In this document: piece after piece, positions 47,701 through 59,700 of the stretch
How positions within the stretch are numbered: the stretch's first letter is position 1
How the letters are laid out: every line of letters starts with the position of its first letter
Assembly: GCA_002269645.1 (NCBI GenBank)
Contig: NIVC01003481.1
Location: 31,931-95,930 of the forward strand
Reading direction: 5' to 3'
Source of the DNA: Macrostomum lignano
Taxonomy: Eukaryota
Length of the DNA stretch: 64,000 nucleotides
The notes under the pieces: model-generated
What the model was told of the DNA's origin: nothing
What the model saw: the letters and a program-made list of their open reading frames with translations, nothing else
Databases searched by the model: none
Program-made: the position numbers and the translations under genes

Positions 47701-50700
47701 CAATTACCCCAGCTAATGCTGGCACCCATTTTACAGCTTTTGAGCTGAAGCAATGCAGAGTTAAGTGTCTTGCTCAAGGACACAAATTGTTCCGAGTGGG
47801 ATCGGGTATCGAACCCCCGACCTTCAAGTCGTGAGTCCGACGCTCTATCCACTGGCCTACAACCCCCTCGATGACATTTATGCAATCTTGGTCACTTGAG
47901 GCTATGCGGGACCTTGAGAGTGGGGCTTTGCTAGAGAAGAAAAAACTGGAAACTTCCAATCTCGCGAATGAATTTCCCCATGGCAACCACCCAGTCAGCA
48001 GCATACCGCTTTGGACTCTATGGTCTAAACGCCATCAATCCTGCTCAGTGGTTAAACTTTTTGGGCCAACGAATATAACGTGAGGCTACAAAGCTGGATT
48101 CTCAACTGCGGCCGACACGCGAGTTGAATATAAAAATAGGGAAAATCCGCTGAAAAACCCCCTCTAAAGGGAGCCAAGGATAGGCGGAGAGGCTGCTGCA
48201 GACGCGAGTGCAGCCAAGACTCAGGCGAGAGAGGAATTGTGGTGAGGCGGAGAGGAGAGTGAGGGAGAGAAAGGTTGGGCTCGACTTGAGATGATGGCGG
48301 GACACTGCAAGTAAGAATAGCTGGGGCCAAGGCTAGGAGTGAGTTTATAATATTGAGCAGCAATGAGTGAGCGAGTGAGTGAGAATCTATGAGCGTTGTT
48401 GAATAATTTAACAAAAGATGAGGGGGTATTGATGAAGGAGGCTGTGGCCAGCAGTTGCTGCAGAAGTGGGCAAGGCAGCAGCTTTATTGTAAAGTTTTTT
48501 TGTCCAAAGGATAAGAGATTAGAGAAAGGTGAATTAAAATGGACCGGTTGTTCACGCCACCCTTTTCAGGCCACTATCACATTTTTGTGGGCGACCTGGC
48601 GCCTGAGATTGAATCCCACCAGCTTAAGGAGGCCTTCTCTGCTTTCGGCATCGTGACGTGAGTGATTCAAGATTATTAATATGAGATGCTGGATGCTGGA
48701 TGCTAGACTCCGGATTCTGAATTTGGGATTCTAGATTCGGGATTCGGGATTCTGAATTCGGGATTTCGGATTCGGGACTCGGGATTCTGAATTCGGGATT
48801 TTGGATTCTGGATTCGGGATTCTGGATTCGGGATTCTGGATTCGGGATTCTGGATTCGGGATTCTGGATTCGGGATTCTGGATTCGGGATTCTGGATTCG
48901 GGATTCTGGATTCGGGATTCTGGATTCGGGATTCTGGATTCGGGATTCTGGATTCGGGATTCTGGATTCGGGATTCTGGATTCGGGATTCTGGATTCGGG
49001 ATTCTGGATTCGGGATTCTGGATTCGGGATTCTGGATTCGGGATTCTGGATTCGGGATTCTGGATTCGGGATTCTGGATTCGGGATTCTGGATTCGGGAT
49101 TCTGGATTCGGGATTCTGGATTCGGGATTCTGGATTCGGGATTCTGGATTCGGGATTCTGGATTCGGGATTCTGGATTCGGGATTCTGGATTCGGGATTC
49201 TGGATTCGGGATTCTGGATTCGGGATTCTGGATTCGGGATTCTGGATTCGGGATTCTGGATTCGGGATTCTGGATTCGGGATTCTGGATTCGGGATTCTG
49301 GATTCGGGATTCTGGATTCGGGATTCTGGATTCGGGATTCTGGATTCGGGATTCTGGATTCGGGATTCTGGATTCGGGATTCTGGATTCGGGATTCTGGA
49401 TTCGGGATTCTGGATTCGGGATTCTGGATTCGGGATTCTGGATTCGGGATTCTGGATTCGGGATTCTGGATTCGGGATTCTGGATTCGGGATTCTGGATT
49501 CGGGATTCTGGATTCGGGATTCTGGATTCGGGATTCTGGATTCGGGATTCTGGATTCGGGATTCTGGATTCGGGATTCTGGATTCGGGATTCTGGATTCG
49601 GGATTCTGGATTCGGGATTCTGGATTCGGGATTCTGGATTCGGGATTCTGGATTCGGGATTCTGGATTCGGGATTCTGGATTCGGGATTCTGGATTCGGG
49701 ATTCTGGATTCGGGATTCTGGATTCGGGATTCTGGATTCGGGATTCTGGATTCGGGATTCTGGATTCGGGATTCTGGATTCGGGATTCTGGATTCGGGAT
49801 TCTGGATTCGGGATTCTGGATTCGGGATTCTGGATTCGGGATTCTGGATTCGGGATTCTGGATTCGGGATTCTGGATTCGGGATTCTGGATTCGGGATTC
49901 TGGATTCGGGATTCTGGATTCGGGATTCTGGATTCGGGATTCTGGATTCGGGATTCTGGATTCGGGATTCTGGATTCGGGATTCTGGATTCGGGATTCTG
50001 GATTCGGGATTCTGGATTCGGGATTCTGGATTCGGGATTCTGGATTCGGGATTCTGGATTCGGGATTCTGGATTCGGGATTCTGGATTCGGGATTCTGGA
50101 AAAGGGGGGGGGCTGAAAAATCAGACAACTGAATAAGAGTGACAAGCCAATGGCTAAGTTGGTTGTGAGGCCGTCACCGTCGTTTTGCGTTAACACAAAC
50201 TGACGCAATGGCATTGAATTGAAACGCTCAATTCGTACTAAGCCTAATCCTGCCTACTCAAACGAGACTTTAAGCGGAGCAGAAGCAGAGTCTTCCATTT
50301 TCTTTGGCAGTTTGGACTCTCGGCGAGATTTTTTAGAGCTGTTGGTGAAGGCAATTTCTCTGCTTTCTGTCTGTCTGTCTCTCTATCTTTATCCGCGTCC
50401 CGGGATGACTTCCTGACTGTGGGAATGAGATTTTAGATTGAAAATAAACAGTGCTTCGGTCCTTCCCTCCCTCCAGTTCTGACTGGCCGGCCTTTCTGTG
50501 GAAGTTCTGGCTTGAAAACTCGGCAGACAAGTTATTAGCTCATTATGCCAATTCTCGTTCTGGCATCATTATTCAAGGACTGATGGCGGCAGCGATGCTC
50601 ACGTTGTCTAAACTTTCAGGTTCTGCAGCAGCTTATCCCCCCCCCTCTAACTCGCTGTCACGTGGATCCAGCTGTCCCAGAGTTTACCGACCGGTTGGGG

Positions 50701-53700
50701 ATCTGGATGTCATGATGGGGCTTAGCAAAGGAGGGGTGGGCAGGACTCCGCGGGCCCTTTCTCTTAATTGCAGTTAAAAATGTATGGCGCCCCTGTTGTT
50801 GGCGCCCCTGTTGCTGGCACCTCTTTTCTGGTAGCTTTGGCGCCCCTTTTACAGTAGCTTTAGCGCCTCTTTTGCAGTAGCTTTGGGGCGCCCCTTTTCA
50901 GTAGCTTTGACGCCCCTTTTCAGTAGCTTTGACGCCTCTTCTACAGTAGCTTTGGCGCGCCCCTTTTACAGTAGCTTTGGGGCCCGTTTTACAGTAGCTT
51001 TGGCGCGCCCCTTTTACGGTAGCTTTGACGCCTCTTCTGCAGTAGCTTTGGCGCCCCTTTTACAGTAGCTTTGACGCCCCTTTTTCAGTAGCTTTGGCGC
51101 GCCCCTTTTTACAGTAGCTTTGGGGCCCGTTTTACAGTAGATTTGGCGCCCCTTTTACAGTAGCTTTAGCGCCTCTTTTACAGTAGCTTTGGGGCGTCCC
51201 TTTTACAGTAGCTTTGGCGCCCCTTTTCAGTAGCTTTGACGCCCCTTTTCAGTAGCTTTGACGCCCCTTTTCAGTAGCTTTGACGCCTCTTCTACAGTAG
51301 CTTTGGGGCCCCTTTTACAGTAGCTTTGGCGCCCCTTTTACAGTAGATTTGGCGCCCCTTTTACAGTAGCTTTAGCGCCTCTTTTACAGTAGCTTTGGGG
51401 CGTCCCTTTTACAGTAGCTTTGGCGCCTTTTACAGTAGCTTTGGCGCCTCTTTTACAGTAGCTTTGGCGCGCCCCTTTTACAGTAGCTTTGGGGCCCGTT
51501 TTACAGTAGCTTTGGCGCCCCTTTTACGGTAGCTTTGACGCCTCTTCTGCAGTAGCTTTGGCGCGCCCCTTTTACAGTAGCTTTGGGGCCCGTTTTACAG
51601 TAGCTTTTGGGCGCCCCTTTTTACAGTAGCTTTGGGGCCCGTTTTACAGTAGCTTTGACGCCCCTTTTCAGTAGCTTTGACGCCCCTTTTCAGTAGCTTT
51701 GACGCCTCTTCTACAGTAGCTTTGGCGCCCCTTTTACAGTAGATTTGGCGCCCCTTTTACAGTAGCTTTAGCGCCTCTTTTACAGTAGCTTTGGGGCGCC
51801 CCTTTTACAGTAGCTTTGGCGCCCCTTTTACAGTAGCTTTAGCGCCTCTTTTACAGTAGCTTTGGGGCGCCCCTTTTACAGTAGCTTTGACGTCCCTTTT
51901 ACAGTAGCTTTGGCGCCTTTTACAGTAGCTTTGGCGCCCCTTTTACAGTAGCTTTGACGTCCATTTTACAGTAGCTTTGGCGCCCGTTTTACAGTAGCAT
52001 GAGCCAAAGGGCGGGGAGTTCAGCTGCTGCTGAGTATAAGAATGATGAAGAACAACATTTATTGATGCACTTACTCGGAACCGCTTGACAGGTTAAACTT
52101 TCAGTTCTGTTCATAGATTAACCAATCAATTAATCGATTGATCAGCATAATCAACCAAACGGGAGAACACGGCTTCCCAGGGGTATTGAGTAATTAAAGA
52201 GAATTTCGACACTCCGATAATTGTCTTGGAACCAAATAGGAGATGAGCAGCTGGGAGGGGGCGAGGATGCAGCACCAGCAGCTGAGGGGATCATGTAACC
52301 GGGACTGGGACGGCAGTGGCGGCTAGCGCAGTGGGAATTCGCGGCCAACAACCTGTATAAATAATGAGATCCCAGTTGGCGAAATGTGTGTTCGCTGCCT
52401 GTGTGTTTTGTGAGGCTGGGAAAGCATAGCGGGCTCAACTGGCCTTCACAGACTCCTCCGAACAGGGGGGGAGGGGTTGCGATTAAAATTAAGTGGGCGA
52501 AGGAGGCAAAACGGGGGGATAAAAACGGTGCAAGGAAAGATAAGACAGCGCCGGTGGTTCATCTCTCCTCCGCGCGCCTTATCGCATTTCTCCCAGGGAC
52601 CTCCCGCTTTCCCACAGAGAAAATCGAGAACTGAATAATGCTCCATCTCACCGCAGAGCAGCGCAGTCTTACCGCATCCGAACGACAACGTTTTTTTACC
52701 CGTTTTGGTCCGTTGGTTCGGCATTTTTATTGCCAAAGCCATCCTCCTGCGCGATTTATTGCCATTACTCACACAGCGTCGGCACAGTTTTCTTTAGCCA
52801 TCATCATCTGCTCGACCTATAGCTCAACTTTTTCACCTTCACACTCGGGTCTTCGCTTAACTTTTTTTAGCGTTCTCGGGCCGGTTTTAATGTCGGCTAG
52901 TAATTATTGCACTCCCCGGGCCCGATCGGCGGTTATTGATGGGCCTGACTGAGGTTCACGCGGTTTAAAATCTTATGCTAGAGAGAAAGATAGTTTAAAT
53001 GTACATTGCAAAGCCAAGAAAACCATTGTAAAGTATTTAGTGTACATATATAGTATAAATGTACATACGCTCTTTTACGTACTTCGCGCTATAAGGGGTT
53101 AGAAAATTTAACGTAACTGTACATGTTACATTTAGCTAATGTGCATAGGCCATAGACAACACACCGATCGATTAAGTCGACAACCCTCTCATCAATACAG
53201 TAAAACTTAGCTACTGTACATAGGCCATAGACAACGCATCGATTGACAACCCCCACTTTCCGCGCCCAAATCGCAGCGAGTGCAAGATCATCAAGGATAT
53301 GCACACCCAGAAGCCAAAAGGCTACGGTTTCGTGGCCTACGCCAACAGGGAGGAAGCGGAGGAGGCGATGCAAAAGATGAACGGCCAGCTGCTGGGCTCG
53401 AGAACCATCCGGACCAACTGGGCAGTCAGGAAGCCACCGCAGCCTCCAGGTTTGACTTCTTGATTGTCTTGAACTTTTAAAGCGTAGTTGACTATTCGCT
53501 TCAGGAGTAAAATTCAATCTAATAAGTAGCTTCATAACAGCATTTAAAATCGGTTTCAATTTGTTTACTTAGCTTTTAAACGACAATTTCCTATTTGCCT
53601 CTCTGCTGCGCGTTGAATTTGCTTTAAAAAAGCAGAAAAAAGCAATTTCGGTAATTAAATTGAAATTTTTCCATCAACATTCTATTTTGCGATTTTTAAA

Positions 53701-56700
53701 AAGCCGGATGTAATCAGGGCAGAGAGCATAAATGCTGCCATTTTAATTTAACACTTTCAAGAGTTGGTCCCGCGAGGACCGACTGCGGCAAAGTTTGCTA
53801 TAATGGTTGAAATTACTTTGATAAGGGCGACGCGGCATAAAATTAAAAATATGTTAATGAGCTTCGGTAGATAAGCTAAGGGTAGCTAAGCGGGGGCAAT
53901 GAGGAATGAGGATTGGTAAGTGAAGTTTTGCCGTTGCCGCTGAGCGCCGCGGTTGTGCTCCCCCCCCTAATTTATGCCGGAGCTGCTGCTATCCCACCAG
54001 CGGCACCTTAATATAGCGCCAGCGCTTAGCCCAGATAGATATGTATATATAAATGTATATAATCCAATGCGTAATAAGTACGCACTTGGCGCACTGGTAT
54101 GCATATGTATAGATATAATATAGTGAGAGCCAAATCGATGGCCAGAATTCAGGCAATCAGAGAGTCCGTAGAAGCAGGCAGGGGAGAGCGGGCCTGGGAT
54201 TGAAGAGATCGAGAAATGAAATAGGAGGATGAGATGGGAGGCGGCTTGGCGGTGGCCAGGAAGATACCCCCCCCAGCGCAGTGTAAATTGGGGGTAGGAG
54301 GCGGCCGAGTTCTGGGAGGAATCTCTTCTTGAGAAAAGCACTGGCCAAATTTGCAGCAGCAGGAGCTGGAGGAGAAGTCAAAAAAGTGCAGAGCGCTCCA
54401 GTTGGAGTCCGGAAGAGTTCTATACAATGATTATTGGCGATCGATGCTGATCACGCATGCTTGTTTCATGGACAACTCAAATAGAAAGATGCAGAATGCA
54501 TTTAGCGCAATCGAAATAAGAAGTATTTTCCTTTTGACTTCTGCAGCTTTAAGCTGCTGTAGCGATAATATTAATATTAATAATAATTAATTACACCTGC
54601 CCCAATTGGGCAGCCGACAGCTCAGCCGCAGCTATTGCGCGGCGCATCTGAAGGCTGCGTACGGCAGTTCAGTCCAAGGACTGGGGGGTCGCCACACACC
54701 CTCAATTCCCCCAGCTGGCACCCATTTTACAGCTGGGTGAACTGAAGCAATGCAGAGTTAAGTGTCTTGCTCAAGGACACAAACTGTTCCGAGTGGGTCG
54801 GGAATCGAACCCCCAACCTTTTAATCGTTGAGTCCGACGCTCTATCCACTAGGCTACAGCCCCTCATTGTTATAGTGATGCTACAGCAATGGCGTGGCTA
54901 CGGATCCCGGGATCATAAATTGCTTTAATAGCTTTCAGGCCATCGCATTCTAATCTCATTAACATCCCTTAGTTGCGTTTCAACTATCTTTGGCTATAGA
55001 GTGGGGTTTTTGATTGCATAGAGCTGCTGGATGAGAAGACGATGGACAAAAACAAATTTTCTGCTTTCGCTGAGTGATATTGCCTGGGCATAGAGGTGGC
55101 AACTATGCAGGGCAACGTCGAAAATGGTGCAATAGAGAAATTTTGTTAAAAAAACATAATCAAGCCTCATCATCCTTATCTTCACTTCAGCATCAGCCTC
55201 TCTCTCTCTCTCTCCTAATGGAACTCTTGTTCCCCGACTTTCCATGCAGAATGAGAGGCGCCCACAATAGCGCGTGTCTCAATGTCCCCGCCCTCCTCCA
55301 CAACGCTGTTTTTCCATTCAAAGCCCATTTTCCCCATAAAGCTATAGAAAGAATGATGAAAGCTGTATATGGTTGGAGGTGAAGGGGTGAGTTGAGGGTG
55401 AAAGGAGGGCAGAACTCTTGTTAGTATCCTGTCTGAGAAGGGAACGCAAGGCACCTCTCTCACTCTGTCACTCTCTAAATATCAGAAGAATGTTGCATTC
55501 CATACCATATAGGGTCTTTCTCCCCCCCCCCTGGCTATCTCTCCACCTCTCTGCAGCAGCGCTAGAAGCAGCAGCAGCAGCAGCAGCAGAGTTGAACGCA
55601 TTGCATGACAATGGATCGCTGCTATACAGCTTGGCCCTGTCGTGGTCCAACCCAAAACTCATCCCTCCGCTTTTTTACCCCCCCCCCCCAGCACCGACCT
55701 ACACCAGAGGGATGGGAGGAGCAGCCGCCTGGAGGCAAAAAGGAAACAAGAAATCGATAAAAATGATGGCGTAGGAAGCGGAAAGAGAGGGGGAGAGGGC
55801 ATGCATACGGAGAGCAGAAGTGGCGGCTCACAATGAGGTGCTTGTGCGGTGGCCTGAGTTATTACAGACAGAGCTGAGCTGAGATGATCAGGCCAGACTT
55901 CTAAGCACGTCCGTCATCGGTCTCTGTCTCTCCGCTCTTCTCTTTTCAATCTAATTTTTCTCCCTCCTGTTTGTTTCCTGGTGCTCAGGGGTTAGCAAAG
56001 TTGGTGCAGCGCCAACGCAACAGCCAACGGCATTGGGAGCGCATCCAAGCGTGTCAATACTGTCCGCACGCACTCACACACACGCTCACACAGGGTGTAC
56101 AGCAGCCCTGACTTTCTACAGGCAACCGTAGCTACCTGCCAGGGTGCTGACTGCTGACCAACTGTCACGCCAGAAGAGTATAGTGGATGTACTGGTGTAT
56201 AAACACAGTTGTACTCGGATAATACCAAGAAACCGAGGCTCTTCCACCACGAGCCGAGCTCTCTATCGGAGCCAGGAAATGCTGAGAGGTTGGGAGGCGT
56301 ACTGTTCGTGACTGCAATTTTCTGAGATACAATATAGACGGAGCATCATTGTGCAAACATCGCACAAGTTGTTGCCTAGATCTGTCTTCTCAGATGCCCC
56401 TCTCTCTGACTCTGACTCTGACTCTGACTCTGTCTTTCTTTCAGGCGAATTGAGCTCAGCTGACACATCTAATACGAGTTGGGGCCGAGCTTTCATAGGC
56501 TAGCCATCGATACCTGGACTCTAATAATGATAAATAATTGATCACACCTGCCCGCATCTGAAAGCTGCGTACGGCTGTTCAGTCCAAAGACTGGGGGGTC
56601 GCCACACAGCCTCAATTACTCCAGCTAATGCTGGAACCCATTTTACAGCTGGGTGAACTGAAGCAGTGCAGAGTTAAGTGTCTTGCTCAAGGACACAAAT

Positions 56701-59700
56701 TGTTCCGAGTGGGTCGGGAATCGAACCCCCGACACTCTAACTATTAGGCTTCAATCCATATCGACGGTCTCTTACAGCGAAGACTCTGGACTCTGCTATC
56801 TATTGGAAATCTCTCGCACAAAAAATAAACTCCATCAGAAAGAGGAACAATTGAGTCAGGGAGGAGTGTTGTGGAGCTGTTTGAAGCTGCTCTGAGAGCG
56901 GGACCGATGATGCGGCACCGACGCCCCCCGTCCATTTGCGTTTGCGCATGAAATATGAATGCCGCTTGGTGGCCTCACCTTGAGCAGCAGCTCTGGCAGT
57001 ATAATAGCCGCCACTGAGTCTGCCGGGCTCAGCCACCTGCTCAGCTGTGGGAGCAGCGCAGAGCAAAGCGGCACCGGCAGCTGCATAAAACATGACCTGT
57101 CAGTTGCTGACAAAAGCCCAGCCTCAGCCTCCGCCATCGCTGGCGCTGCGCCTCACCTGGGAAGGGCAAGGAGGAGGGGGAAGGGCAGCAGTCCGCAGTC
57201 TAAGCCCAAATCCCTCTAATCCAAATCTTCTCCATCCGCTCTCTCTCTCTCTCGCTCCATACTCTGCGGTGCTCATGCTCAACAATGAGATGCCCCTGAC
57301 AGCGACTGCTGTTAAACAGGCGTGCTGGCGGTCCCGTCGCGAGGGCGCAGACTCACTCTGCACACTTTAGTCATTTATGTATGCCAAAATTCTGTCCGCC
57401 TCCCGCATGCAGCGTGACTCACGTGATACGCTGTGGAGTGCGAGAATGGGGCTACCAGCTGGCTGCGTGAAGGAGAGAAAAACGATGGTTGAAGAAGTTG
57501 CACGGCACGGTGAGAGGAGAGGAGACTGGGGCCTCCATCCGCATACACATCTGCTTCCCCCGTACCCTCCGCTTCTCAGCGCTCACTTCCGGTGTTCCAG
57601 GCGACTCCCGCAAAGTGTGTGAATTCACTTAGCCATTCTTTGCCCCTGCCCAGCGACTTCTCTCTCCTACCTCTCTTGCAGAGACACGGCTATAGGGGTG
57701 TACAAGTGCATGCGAAATACATGACTGCTTTTTAGTAGAACTTCTGATGCATGCACTTCTGGATGATTGACATTGCACTGTGGGCAAAGAGGGCGAAATT
57801 AAAGGCGAATTGAAACATCCGGGGCCATGGCGGCACGGCACCACTGAAGACATTGAGGCGGCAGCAGCAGTGACAGACATTGAAGGATCATGAGGACATT
57901 GAGGTGGCAGCAGCAGTGACAGACACTGGAGGATCATGAGGACATTGAGGCGGCAGCAGCAGTGACAGACACTGGAGGATCATGAGGACATTGAGGCGGC
58001 AGCAGCAGTGACAGACACTGAAGGATCATGAGGACATTGAGGTGGCAGCAGCAGTGACAGACACTGAAGGATCATGAGGACATTGAGGTGGCAGCAGCAG
58101 TGACAGACACTGAAGGATCATGAGGACATTGAGGTGGCAGCAGCAGTGACAGACACTGAAGGATCATGAGGACATTGAGGTGGCAGCAGCAGTGACAGAC
58201 ATTGAAGGATCATGAGGACATTGAGGTGGCAGCAGCAGTGACAGACACTGAAGGATCATGAGGACATTGAGGTGGCAGCAGCAGTGACAGACACTGGAGG
58301 ATCATGAGGACATTGAGGTGGCAGCAGCAGTGACAGACACTGGAGGATCATGAGGACATTGAGGCGGCAGCAGCAGTGACAGACACTGAAGGATCATGAG
58401 GACATTGAGGTGGCAGCAGCAGTGACAGACACTGAAGGATCATGAGGACATTGAGGTGGCAGCAGCAGTGACAGACATTGAAGGATCATGAGGACATTGA
58501 GGTGGCAGCAGCAGTGACAGACACTGAAGGATCATGAGGACATTGAGGTGGCAGCAGCAGTGACAGACACTGGAGGATCATGAGGACATTGAGGTGGCAG
58601 CAGCAGTGACAGACACTGGAGGATCATGAGGACATTGAGGCGGCAGCAGCAGTGACAGACACTGAAGGATCATGAGGACATTGAGGTGGCAGCAGCAGTG
58701 ACAGACACTGAAGGATCATGAGGACATTGAGGTGGCAGCAGCAGTGACAGACACTGAAGGATCATGAGGACATTGAGGTGGCAGCAGCAGTGACAGACAC
58801 TGAAGGATCATGAGGACATTGAGGTGGCAGCAGCAGTGACAGACACTGAAGGATCATGAGGACATTGAGGTGGCAGCAGCAGTGACAGACACTGGAGGAT
58901 CATGAGGACATTGAGGCGGCAGCAGCAGTGACAGACACTGGAGGATCATGAGGACATTGAGGCGGCAGCAGCAGTGACAGACACTGGAGGATCATGAGGA
59001 CATTGAGGTGGCAGCAGCAGTGACAGACACTGGAGGATCATGAGGACATTGAGGCGGCAGCAGCAGTGACAGACACTGGAGGATCATGAGGACATTGAGG
59101 TGGCAGCAGCAGTGACAGACACTGGAGGATCATGAGGACATTGAGGTGGCAATCACAACCCCTTCGGACAGCCACTAGTCAACAAGTGCCTGTCGATGGA
59201 GGCACGCCTGCAGGGGGGGGGGGGCTGTCTCCCGCCCGGCACAAGTCAATTAAATTACGTAGACAGCCAGCGCTGCCCTGCAGAGTAAAAAAAGTAAAAA
59301 AAACTTGCTTGCAGAGATCAGCCCAATATCGATACTTATTGATCGGCCGGACAGGGACTCCGCCACTGCACCAGTCTGCATAGAAGACTTTGAGTGACGC
59401 GTGTCCCTCCTCCCCTCCTCTCCCCTCCTTGTTTCTCCTCTTTTTTCAACTCCGATCCTCTCGCTCTCCGCATTCTCGACTCGGAATCTGCGCAACACAC
59501 CCGAACTCAAGCCAGAGGCTATGGATGAATCCTGTTAAAGCGGTTTAGCACCGCGCGCTGGGATCTCTGGCTGGCTGCTGGTTCTTTTGTTAAAGAAAAT
59601 TGGAGAATCCCAGCTCACAATGGGAACGCTGGCCCGCCCGCCTCAGCCTCATCTCAGGCCAGAATTCTGAGGGAATTGAATCGGAGCACCTCAGGTGGAG

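Noticed and set aside
57845-59152. CRISPR-like 46-bp repeat
   Set aside because: No spacers; plain minisatellite.
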